From the NCBI GenBank assembly GCA_963713865.1, contig OY970208.1, forward strand, positions 651,957-715,956: DNA of 64,000 nucleotides, read 5' to 3'. The notes beneath the pieces were generated by a model, which was not told the origin of the DNA, made no database searches, and saw only the letters and a list, made by a program, of their open reading frames with translations. How positions within the stretch are numbered: position 1 is the stretch's first letter; each line of letters starts with the position of its first letter. Positions 19,020 to 27,748 of this stretch are shown here, piece by piece. The stretch is from an uncultured candidate division Zixibacteria bacterium (GTDB taxonomy: Bacteria; Zixibacteria; MSB-5A5; RBG-16-43-9). The position numbers and the translations under genes are program-made.

Positions 19020-19664
19020 TCATATAATCACATCACGGATATTAGATATTTCTTCTGGAGAAATGTACTTACGAGTGTTAAAAACTTCACTCGTTGGTCT
19101 AGGTATTTGCCTTGATCTGAACGAAGTAAGAGTAGAATTAATTTCATAATAACAGTATTTCTCGATTTGTGTTGGTGGTATATTTATCTTAGCTGTGACT
19201 TCACCTTCAGGTTGAAAAGGGCTGAAACCTGTGTATATATTTAACTCTCTAACTTCTTCAGAAAAAGGTCGGTGTGCTATGCTTTGTTTACCAAGAACGA
19301 ATAAATAACAATGAAACAAATATCCATCATGCGACCACCCGTCTGTAGCGAATTCAAGTGCAATGAGCCAAGCAGGATGCCGAATATTAATTCCTGCTGC
19401 TGGATTTCTCTCAATAGAACCTGCGGTTGTTGAAATGAATGGAGTATGTTTGTAGAAAGGTTCTCCACCTTCCTGTGGGTCGGGGTCCGTAAATCTGTTC
19501 TGATGCCAAAATAAATTACGATCTGTAAGACGTACATATACTTCTACTTCGGGCATATTATGTACTTTATTCCACCAGTTACATAGAATACCCACATTCA
19601 TTATATTATCAGCTTCATTTTTCGAAATGCCTCCAATCCCTCTTATTACTTTTTGAATAATCAT
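19020..19664 (-). CDS. hypothetical protein; possible R-S-E-type ADP-ribosyltransferase-like motifs (weak)
   Basis: 214 aa; ordered motifs YVRLTD (Arg), FISTTAG (S-T-T), QPEGEV (Q/E-x-E). Confidence 0.4.
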   Translation of the reverse strand: MIIQKVIRGIGGISKNEADNIMNVGILCNWWNKVHNMPEVEVYVRLTDRNLFWHQNRFTDPDPQEGGEPFYKHTPFISTTAGSIERNPAAGINIRHPAWLIALEFATDGWSHDGYLFHCYLFVLGKQSIAHRPFSEEVRELNIYTGFSPFQPEGEVTAKINIPPTQIEKYCYYEINSTLTSFRSRQIPRPTSEVFNTRKYISPEEISNIRDVII

Positions 19665-19757
19665 TTTTAATTTTCCCTTAATTATGCCATAACGTTACAC
19701 TCCACCGGCTCGTAGCCCACCGCGGGCTTCGCGTGCGGTGGGAGCGATAGTTGGACA

Positions 19758-20294
19758 TTAAAATAGTTCTTTCAAACTGTCTGCAAAGGCCTTGAGTTTC
19801 AACATTGTTTCAGGATTGTCTCTTACCTCTCGTGGGAGAAAGTCTTCTTTATGATCCCGCAGGTATTCCCACACGAAATCGCGGATATGAAACGGAAGGC
19901 TGAGGATATTCCCTGATCCTTGGGTGATAATTCCCTTGTTCAAGAGGGAATTAGCCGTTTGGTTGATTGCGGTTGCACTGAGTGTCTGGACATTGTGGAA
20001 CAAGCAGTAGGCGATCCATTTGTATTCCGACAGATCAAGAGTTCGCAGGCGTTTGATTATGACAGCCTTTTGCCTTGCTTTTCCTCGGATTTCAGAAAAC
20101 CAATTGGAGACACATATGGTGGCTGAGAAGATTAGTCCGAGCCAACAAAATCCGAGATAATCGAGCTTGATCTTTTCCAGTCCGAGTGACTTCGATGTGT
20201 CGGTCGGCAAAAGGATTACGAAAAGACAGACGAAGAATACTCCCCAAGCGTACTTCGCTACTGCCTCAAGTATTGTTGATATAGCTTCAATCAT
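19758..20294 (-). CDS. hypothetical 2-TM membrane protein with soluble C-terminal domain
   Basis: 178 aa; two N-terminal hydrophobic helices; start codon overlapped by the conserved upstream small ORF (module A3). Confidence 0.55.
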   Translation of the reverse strand: MIEAISTILEAVAKYAWGVFFVCLFVILLPTDTSKSLGLEKIKLDYLGFCWLGLIFSATICVSNWFSEIRGKARQKAVIIKRLRTLDLSEYKWIAYCLFHNVQTLSATAINQTANSLLNKGIITQGSGNILSLPFHIRDFVWEYLRDHKEDFLPREVRDNPETMLKLKAFADSLKELF

Positions 20295-20380
20295 ATCTTA
20301 CGTCCAACATAGTTTTATCTACACTAATTAAATTGCTTTCACTATCTTTCTTGACCATATAAACCCCCTCCAAACCTCCC
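20287..20380 (-). promoter_or_regulatory. conserved leader module A3 (SD GGAGGGGG plus 23-aa small ORF 20287..20358, MVKKDSESNLISVDKTMLDVRYD, whose stop overlaps the downstream ATG as ATGA)
   Basis: manual base-by-base translation verified against the sequence. Confidence 0.7.
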
Positions 20381-20618
20381 CACATTCTTAATGACAGACT
20401 GTACTTCTCGCCATAGGTCACGCTTGTGAACAAGAAGAAATTCGAGGCCATTTAGATGGGAATGTATTTTTCAAAAATATCAATCTCGTCATAATCAGGA
20501 TTAAAGTCCCTCATTAAAGTTTTTTTCCTATTATCTGCTAAATGTCGAGTAAAAAATATTTCAGGCTCCTGAATAAAACCTCTTTTGACAAAGGTTAAAA
20601 TCCATATTTTTTTCATTC

Positions 20619-21524
20619 TTACACTCCTTTCATTCTCTTAAACCAGCTATACACATCTCTATATTCCATAAAGTTGCAAATATCGGTCAATCCACTCGTC
20701 CTAAAGGTGGGACGACCGATCTGCCTTAGGAACATAGACCGCCTTGTATCATTTGAGACAATGTTGAATTTTAGTTTCAAATTAGGTTCAATAAGATGCA
20801 TATCATTAAATCTGAGTAACCCAGAATATATCGGCGTTGAATATTCAACTTCGAAAATTGCGGTTAGCTCACTAGAACCTCTCTGAATCCATATAACATC
20901 AACTTCCCTGATAATATTGTCAACCTTTTCATATCGCACTGGCAAATCACTTCTACAAGCGTATTCTTCTGCCAAGCTCCAATCCAATTTATTTCTATCA
21001 TTTAATGGTATCCAGATGTCATGACCTTTTATTGTCCCTATTGAGCCGATCAAAGTTTGAATTTGAGAATGACCGAGGTCCGGCATAACCACAATCTTAT
21101 TTTTATCGATCAGATTATCTAAAATATGCCATCCATAAAAACCCTCTATATTGAACCGACCAGCATTGGCAATATAAAGCTCGGTTTCCTCACCAGGATA
21201 AATCTGAACCTTGTATTGACCATCAGAAGCTGGCGTCAGAGAGTTGAATATTTCTTCAAAATCTGTAAAAGGTACAAAAACAGGCTCTGTTTGAGTATCC
21301 CATAAAAAGCAAATAACAGAATTAACTCCTTCCAATTGTTTTATATCATCTCGCCGTAATCCAAAAAATGTCTTGTCTCTATCGTGAACTTTTGAATATC
21401 TTATATATATTCGTGCTAAGCCATCGCCTATCTCAAATAAAGAGAGACTGTTCGGTAATCGTTTTGGTTTACCATATTTACTTCTTAATTGTTCTAGAAA
21501 AGCTTTCTTAAATGGATTTGCCAT
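20619..21524 (-). CDS. hypothetical protein (possible divergent PD-(D/E)xK/restriction-endonuclease-like)
   Basis: 301 aa; VDVIWI...IFEVEYS segment loosely nuclease-like; first cargo gene downstream of mnmE. Confidence 0.45.
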   Translation of the reverse strand: MANPFKKAFLEQLRSKYGKPKRLPNSLSLFEIGDGLARIYIRYSKVHDRDKTFFGLRRDDIKQLEGVNSVICFLWDTQTEPVFVPFTDFEEIFNSLTPASDGQYKVQIYPGEETELYIANAGRFNIEGFYGWHILDNLIDKNKIVVMPDLGHSQIQTLIGSIGTIKGHDIWIPLNDRNKLDWSLAEEYACRSDLPVRYEKVDNIIREVDVIWIQRGSSELTAIFEVEYSTPIYSGLLRFNDMHLIEPNLKLKFNIVSNDTRRSMFLRQIGRPTFRTSGLTDICNFMEYRDVYSWFKRMKGV

Positions 21525-21744
21525 AGGATTGTTATAACGTAATTTCAGTTTATCATCGCACCTGCCCCACGGTGATTGTGACGATTAGTTGCAATGACTC
21601 ATCCGGTATGGTCTTCAGTAGTTCTATACAATCACCGGGATAAACAACAATTTGCTCTGACAGTGCAAATTTCTGAACTATTTTTCTCTTGTCGAACATA
21701 ATACTATGATAATAAAATGTAGGTTTAGAGTCAACGGATTCATT

Positions 21745-23181
21745 TTATTTCCCTATACAAAACTCCGAAAAAATCTTATTCAGTATATCTTCAGTTACAA
21801 CCTTCCCTACAATCTCACCGATTGAATCTAAAGCAACTCTCAAATCTAAAGCCACAAATTCAAAGCTCATATTTTTCAAAAGGCTATCCTTAGCCAGAGA
21901 TAGAGATTGAACTGCTTTTGCTAATGCTTCTTTATGTCTTAAATTACTAATTAATCCGCCTAAGGCGGACTGGTCAAGTCCTTTTTTGGAAAAGAAGACC
22001 TCAGAGGCAATTTTATCTTTTAATTCCTCTATACCCCAGCCTTTCAAAGCTGAGATATTATGAATTTTTTTAGATATTTCTTTTTGCTCTAATCCTTCAG
22101 AGAGCTTCTTTTCTATTTCTTTGACTTTTTCATCTGAGACTAAATCCACCTTATTAATCGCAATTATATAACTAAAATCAGCTAATTCTTTTTCTAAGTC
22201 TTTATCCTCTTTTGTTATACCGGTCTCCGCATCAACAACAAAAACTATGAAGTCAGCTTTACTTATCTCAATCTTTGTCTTTTTAATCCCTTCGATCTCG
22301 ATCTTATCTTTAGAGACCCTGAACCCCGCTGTATCGGTCAACCTCACCGGCAAACCTTTGAAATTAGTATATTCGCTGATCACATCCCTGGTAGTCCCTG
22401 GAATTGGGGTAACAATAGCCCGCTCCTCTTTTAAGAATGCGTTTAAAAGGGAAGATTTGCCAACATTGGTCTTTCCCACAATCACAACCCTTAATCCTTC
22501 TCTCAAAATCTTCCCCTCTTCGTAGGTCTCGATCAAACTTTTTATCTGGGATTCAATCTTCTCTATCTTTTCTAAAACAAAAGACCTGTCCAGATCCTCA
22601 ATCTCTTCCTCTGGAAAATCTATCCTTGCTTCCAATTCAGCTAAAATAGAAATCAACTCTTCCTGGATGAGATTTAGTTTTTCAGATAATTCACCCTGAA
22701 GATGTTTCAGGCTGTGTTTCAGGCTCAAATCTGTCTTCGCCTTTATGATCTCAGCCACTGCTTCAGCCTGGGCTAAATCGATCCGTCCGTTTAAAAAAGC
22801 CCTGAGTGTAAATTCCCCAGGATTGGCAAGTCTTGCCCCACACTTTATTATCTCCTCAAGCACCCTGCAAAGAACAAGAGGGCTTCCATGACAGCTTATC
22901 TCGACCAGGTCTTCTTTGGTATAGCTTTTAGGTGCCCTGAAGACTGTAAGATAAACTTCGTCTATCACCTGCCTGGAATCCGGAGAAATTAGCTTTCCAT
23001 AATTTGCTTTATGGCTTTCTGCTTTGCTAAGTGATATTTCCCCTTTGAAGATTTTATCAGCAATAAAAATAGCTTTTTTGCCGCTAATTCTTACTATACC
23101 GATTCCGCTTTCTCCAAAGGGAGTAGAAATAGCTGTTATGGTATCTTCTGTGTCAGAGAGATACCCCAAAGATTTCTCCAT
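21745..23181 (-). CDS. mnmE: tRNA modification GTPase MnmE (TrmE)
   Basis: 478 aa; G-domain motifs GKTNVGKSSL, DTAG; C-terminal CIGK typical of MnmE. Confidence 0.95.
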   Translation of the reverse strand: MEKSLGYLSDTEDTITAISTPFGESGIGIVRISGKKAIFIADKIFKGEISLSKAESHKANYGKLISPDSRQVIDEVYLTVFRAPKSYTKEDLVEISCHGSPLVLCRVLEEIIKCGARLANPGEFTLRAFLNGRIDLAQAEAVAEIIKAKTDLSLKHSLKHLQGELSEKLNLIQEELISILAELEARIDFPEEEIEDLDRSFVLEKIEKIESQIKSLIETYEEGKILREGLRVVIVGKTNVGKSSLLNAFLKEERAIVTPIPGTTRDVISEYTNFKGLPVRLTDTAGFRVSKDKIEIEGIKKTKIEISKADFIVFVVDAETGITKEDKDLEKELADFSYIIAINKVDLVSDEKVKEIEKKLSEGLEQKEISKKIHNISALKGWGIEELKDKIASEVFFSKKGLDQSALGGLISNLRHKEALAKAVQSLSLAKDSLLKNMSFEFVALDLRVALDSIGEIVGKVVTEDILNKIFSEFCIGK

Positions 23182-23197
23182 ATTCTTGAACTCTTAT

Positions 23198-24853
23198 CTA
23201 AACAGTAGCCACTTTGGGCTTGGTCTTGGACTTAATATAATATTGTTCGATCAAAGAGAGGATATTGAAGAAGGTCCAGTAAAGTGTTAGCCCGGCGGGA
23301 AAACTCTTAAACAGGAAGAAAAATAAAATAGGCATCATATAAACCATAGCCATCTGCTTTGGGTCTTTTATAGTCATCTTTTGCTGCCAGAACATAGTAA
23401 CTGCCATTATTACAGGTAAAATGTAATATTTATCCATTTGAGATAAATCATTTAACCAAAAAATGAATTTAGCACCTCTTAATTCTATTGTGCTTCTGAA
23501 AACGACAAATAGACCATAAAACAAAGGCATCTGAAGTAAAAGCGGAAGACACCCTCCAAAAGGATTAACCTTTTCATCTTTATACAGCTTCATAATCTCT
23601 TGATTCATTCTCTGTGGGTCTTTTTTATATTTCTCTTTTAAAGCTGCCATTTTAGGCTGTAAATCTTGCATTTTGGCAGCAGAGGTAACGCTTTTATGAG
23701 TTAAAGGATGAAAAAGAATCTTTATTAAAATCGTAAAAACGATAATCACCAGCCCATAATTGGGAATAACCTTATGCAGATTAACGAATATCCATAAGAC
23801 TGCTAAAGAAAATGGTTTAATAATCTTCCAGCCTAAGTCAACTATATTCTCCAAACCGATTTTATAATTTTTTAAGATGTGGTGATCGATGGGTCCAACA
23901 TAAACCATAAAACTATCCTGAAAAGAATCACCCGATGCGGGAATCTTTATAGATACCCCGATCTTTTTCTCTTCTATTTTTTTATTCTGCAAATACTTTA
24001 CTGTCCGGATCCCTTCTGCTTTAAATCCTGCTCCTGGCTTGGAAATCGGGACCAGAGAGGCGATGAAATATTTACTTCGAGTGGCCACCCATTTGGTTTC
24101 ACCTGACCTATCCTCTTCTATCCTCCCGATATCTGAACCCTTGGGCTGCTGGAAGCTTTTGATTTTGATAACTTCTGTACCCATCAAGGAGTAGGCGCCA
24201 AAATAGGAGAAATCTTCAAATTTGTTAATCTCCGTAGGTTTGAGTCCACCATCCCAGGAAAGCACATAGTATCTTCCCAGTTTCTTGTCCTTTGAGGAGA
24301 TTTCAAACTGGAGTTGAAAATCGTACCTGTTTTCAAAAAAAAGAAATCTTTTTATAATATTTAATCCCTTTTCATCTGAAAAAGTAAAAGTTAAAGTATC
24401 AACCGGATGAGCCTTAGAGAGAAAAAGAGTGTCTTTATCCACGCTGAAATCGAGCTGGCTTAAATTCAGGGTTAAATCAGGAAAAGTTATATTTAAAGGG
24501 TAAATTGTATCTGAAGGGATAATCTCAATAGGTCCATCCTGGGAATACCTGTATTTTTTAAAAGTAAAACTTTTTAGAATAGCTCCTTTTGTGCTGAAAA
24601 CCCCTCGGTAAAGAGAATTTTCTACAAAAACTTCTTTCTCCGGCAGCGAGGCCGAAGCAGAAGAAATTACAGCCAGGCTTTCCTGGGGAGGCTTTTCCTC
24701 TTTTCCCTGCAGAGTTAGACTATCCGAAATCACTACCTCCTGTTTAGGTGGAGGAGTAATACCTTTGCCGCCGGTGATCAAATGAACATAATAAGGGTAT
24801 AATACTACGATAATACCCACGATGAGCAATCCGATTACAGTCCTTTTATCCAA
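23198..24853 (-). CDS. yidC: membrane protein insertase YidC
   Basis: 551 aa; N-terminal TM plus large periplasmic domain plus conserved 5-TM core; lies in the rnpA-yidD-yidC cluster. Confidence 0.9.
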   Translation of the reverse strand: MDKRTVIGLLIVGIIVVLYPYYVHLITGGKGITPPPKQEVVISDSLTLQGKEEKPPQESLAVISSASASLPEKEVFVENSLYRGVFSTKGAILKSFTFKKYRYSQDGPIEIIPSDTIYPLNITFPDLTLNLSQLDFSVDKDTLFLSKAHPVDTLTFTFSDEKGLNIIKRFLFFENRYDFQLQFEISSKDKKLGRYYVLSWDGGLKPTEINKFEDFSYFGAYSLMGTEVIKIKSFQQPKGSDIGRIEEDRSGETKWVATRSKYFIASLVPISKPGAGFKAEGIRTVKYLQNKKIEEKKIGVSIKIPASGDSFQDSFMVYVGPIDHHILKNYKIGLENIVDLGWKIIKPFSLAVLWIFVNLHKVIPNYGLVIIVFTILIKILFHPLTHKSVTSAAKMQDLQPKMAALKEKYKKDPQRMNQEIMKLYKDEKVNPFGGCLPLLLQMPLFYGLFVVFRSTIELRGAKFIFWLNDLSQMDKYYILPVIMAVTMFWQQKMTIKDPKQMAMVYMMPILFFFLFKSFPAGLTLYWTFFNILSLIEQYYIKSKTKPKVATV

Positions 24854-25103
24854 TTCTTTTCTCCTCAGGCAAATCTACCTTTTTTAGATTATATTTCAAG
24901 ACCGGGTCATATCCTCCAGTAGAAAAAGGATTACATCTTAAAATCCTTTTAAGGGAGAGCCAGCCTCCCTTTAATACCCCGAAGGATTGTAATGCCTGGA
25001 TAGAATATTCAGAGCAGGAAGGGTAGTATCTACAACTCGGAGGGAATATGATTCCCAGGGTGTTCTGATAGATTCTAATTAAAAAAATGAAAAATTTATT
25101 CAT
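24846..25103 (-). CDS. yidD: membrane protein insertion efficiency factor YidD
   Basis: 85 aa; conserved RYYPSCSEY motif. Confidence 0.9.
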   Translation of the reverse strand: MNKFFIFLIRIYQNTLGIIFPPSCRYYPSCSEYSIQALQSFGVLKGGWLSLKRILRCNPFSTGGYDPVLKYNLKKVDLPEEKRIG

Positions 25104-25449
25104 CCGATTTTTGTTTGAGTTTAACCAGGTCCAGAAATTCAGTTAAAATATCATTATACCTTAAATTTTTTCCCTTAGACCGGTAGATCAGGATTACTCT
25201 CTCGCCCGGAAAAAATTTCTCCTTGTTTTTTCTGATTACCTCTCTCAAGATCCTTTTTACTCTGTTCCTCTTGACTGCCCCCTTTAATCCGGAACTAACT
25301 CCGATCCCGAATTTTATATTTTCTTCTTTACTTTCCAAGCGCAAAAGAATTAGATCCTGACCAAAGGTCCTAACCCCTTTTCTCATTACCTCTTCCCATT
25401 CTTTTTTCTTTTTAATTCGAAGAGATTTAGGAAACCCCTCCTTTTTCAT
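25096..25449 (-). CDS. rnpA: ribonuclease P protein component RnpA
   Basis: 117 aa, basic; position after rpmH. Confidence 0.85.
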   Translation of the reverse strand: MKKEGFPKSLRIKKKKEWEEVMRKGVRTFGQDLILLRLESKEENIKFGIGVSSGLKGAVKRNRVKRILREVIRKNKEKFFPGERVILIYRSKGKNLRYNDILTEFLDLVKLKQKSDE

Positions 25450-25598
25450 TATTTGCCTTTAACCTTTACGGTCAGCCTTTTTCTTTTTTTCGTCCTTCTC
25501 CGCTTTAAAACCTTTATGCCACCTTTGGTCTTAATCCTTTTCCTGAAGCCATGACCCCTTAGCTTTTTTATCCTTGAAGGCTGATAAGTTCTTTTCAT
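25449..25598 (-). CDS. rpmH: 50S ribosomal protein L34 (not in ORF track, 49 aa)
   Basis: Manual translation gives [49 protein letters not shown]. Its TAA stop overlaps the rnpA ATG (TAATG). Confidence 0.9.
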   Translation of the reverse strand: MKRTYQPSRIKKLRGHGFRKRIKTKGGIKVLKRRRTKKRKRLTVKVKGK

Positions 25599-26134
25599 TT
25601 CTCACGTCTCCTCTGAATTCATTCTGCTTTTCAAGTATTATATAATCCGCTTTGGACGGAGTCAAGCGAAAAGAAAGGCAGATTTACATCTTTTTTTCTT
25701 ATCATCTTTATCTGAATAAAGATAACCGTCTGTTTGATTTTAAAACATAAAAATATCACAACCGATTTTCAAAAATTGCTGAAAATATTTTAAATAAAAT
25801 CTTTTTAATCTATACTTCATTAACGGATTAAATTTTTTCAAAAGTTTTTTTCTAAAATCTCTTGACAAGTAATAAAAGAGTCCTATTATCAAGACAGAAA
25901 CTGATGGAGGGAATTTAAGAGTATAGATTTTAATTTGAAAGAGGAGATTTTATCCAAAAGATATATTCATAGAATTTGAAATTTATTGTTTATAATTAAG
26001 GGCTATTCTATAGATATAACCTTATAACCCTAAGCCCAGCAAAGGATATTTTTTTATACACATCTGTGGATAACCTTCCACATCTAAGGGAATAGGACTG
26101 TTTATTTATCAAGACTCAAAATCGAGAAATAGTT
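25599..26134. promoter_or_regulatory. AT-rich rpmH-dnaA intergenic region with DnaA boxes (perfect TGTGGATAA at 26066-26074; TTATCCAAA at ~25951); candidate oriC part / dnaA promoter
   Basis: DnaA box consensus TTATCCACA read directly from the sequence; AT-rich. Confidence 0.6.
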
Positions 26135-27502
26135 ATGCCTTTAAACAACGAAAAGGTCTGGGAAGAATGTCTTGACATTCTCAGCCAGAAAATAAAAAAA
26201 CAGAGTTTTCATACCTGGCTCAGACCCACCAAGGGGGTCTCCTGTGAGGAGAAGACGTTGAAGGTGGCAGTACCTAACAAATTTGTGGCAGAGTGGCTGG
26301 AAGAGCATTACCTGGAACAAATTCATGAGGCCATAGATAAAGTAACCCGGGAGAGTCTGCCTCTTTCCTTTTTGATCTCAACGGAGATGGGCGAGACCTT
26401 AACCAGAATAAACTTTGAGGAGACAGAAAGGGAGGGAGCCGTTCTTTTAAAAAAATCTTTATTAAGTCAGAAAAAAAATTGCCAGTTCAATCCCAGATAT
26501 ACCTTTGAGACCTTTGTGGTGGGAGAGAGTAATCAGTTTGCCCATGCAGCTGCTTTAGCTGTAGCGGAAGCACCGGGAAAAACCAAGTTTAACCCTTTCT
26601 TTATTTACGGGGGGGTGGGATTGGGGAAAACCCATCTGGCTCAGGCTATCGGGCATTATGTGAACGAAGAATATGTAGAGCTAAACGTGCTCTATGCCAC
26701 CAGCGAGAAGTTCACCAACGACTTCATAAATTCAATAACCAATAATACCTCTCAGGAGTTCGTGAACTTTTATCGAAATGTCGATCTTCTCCTTTTAGAC
26801 GATATTCAGTTTTTGGCTGGCAAGGAGAGCACGCAGGTTCAATTCTTCCATACCTTCAATGCCCTTTACCAGAGCGGCAAGCAGATAGTCTTAACTTCAG
26901 ACCGTCCGCCTAAGGAGATCAAAGGATTAGAGGAAAGGCTCTTATCCAGGATGCAATGGGGTCTGGTTACAGATATCCAGCCGCCGGATTTGGAAACCAG
27001 GATCGCCATCCTTCAGAAAAAAAGCGAATCGGATGGTATAACCATCCCCCAGGAAATAGCAGTATTCATTGCAGACAATGTAACTTCTAATATCCGGGAA
27101 TTGGAAGGTGCACTAATCCGTCTTTTAGCTTATTCCTCCTTAAATGGCAAGGAACTGAGCGTTGATTTATCCAAAGAGGTTTTAAAAGATGTTATTAAAA
27201 ACGGCTCTAAGGAGATAACCATAAGCGATATTCGAAAAAAAGTGGCAGAAAGTTTTAACCTTTCCGAGGAAAACCTTTGTTCCAAGAAAAAAACACAAGA
27301 GATTGCCATAGCCCGGCAGGTAGCAATGTATTTAGCCCGGAGCCTGACCAAAGCCTCCCTGAAAACCATCGGCTTGGAATTCGGGGGAAGAGATCATTCC
27401 ACAGTAATTCATGCCTATAATCTGATCGTGGAATATTTAAAAAAAGATCTGGATTTTAAATTAAAGGTCGATGGGATTATCAACTTTTTGTATTCATCCT
27501 AA
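26135..27502 (+). CDS. dnaA: chromosomal replication initiator DnaA
   Basis: 455 aa; AAA+ Walker A GGVGLGKTHL; C-terminal DnaA-box binding domain. Confidence 0.95.
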   Translation: MPLNNEKVWEECLDILSQKIKKQSFHTWLRPTKGVSCEEKTLKVAVPNKFVAEWLEEHYLEQIHEAIDKVTRESLPLSFLISTEMGETLTRINFEETEREGAVLLKKSLLSQKKNCQFNPRYTFETFVVGESNQFAHAAALAVAEAPGKTKFNPFFIYGGVGLGKTHLAQAIGHYVNEEYVELNVLYATSEKFTNDFINSITNNTSQEFVNFYRNVDLLLLDDIQFLAGKESTQVQFFHTFNALYQSGKQIVLTSDRPPKEIKGLEERLLSRMQWGLVTDIQPPDLETRIAILQKKSESDGITIPQEIAVFIADNVTSNIRELEGALIRLLAYSSLNGKELSVDLSKEVLKDVIKNGSKEITISDIRKKVAESFNLSEENLCSKKKTQEIAIARQVAMYLARSLTKASLKTIGLEFGGRDHSTVIHAYNLIVEYLKKDLDFKLKVDGIINFLYSS

Positions 27503-27748
27503 TTTGTCGAATTTGACCTTGAGGGATACTGTGGATAAACTGTGGATTAGATGGGAGGAAAAGATTTTTTAAATTTTATTGTTGAAATATCTCTAATTTA
27601 TTAATATCTTATCAACCAAAGAGATTTATATAATACATATTAAAATATATGCACTATAAAGAGTTAATGAAAAACAAAATGAAGTTATCCCTAAATCCAC
27701 AGTATTATTAATTATATATATTTATTAAAATAATTAAGGAGGAAGAAA
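27503..27748. promoter_or_regulatory. dnaA-dnaN intergenic region: DnaA boxes (TGTGGATAA 27530-27538, TGTGGATTA 27541-27549, TTATCCCTA 27685-27693, AATCCACAG 27695-27703) plus AT-rich DNA-unwinding-element-like stretch; candidate oriC
   Basis: boxes read from the sequence; AT-rich run ttaattatatatatttattaaaataattaa before the dnaN RBS. Confidence 0.6.

Noticed and set aside
20287-20380. Integron attC interpretation of the conserved leader modules
   Set aside because: A GTTRRRY-like core (GTTGGAC, GTTAGGC) exists in 2 of 3 copies, but there is no matching RYYYAAC inverse core or L'/L'' structure. The element lies 5' of genes and contains an SD plus a small ORF, which is unlike attC.
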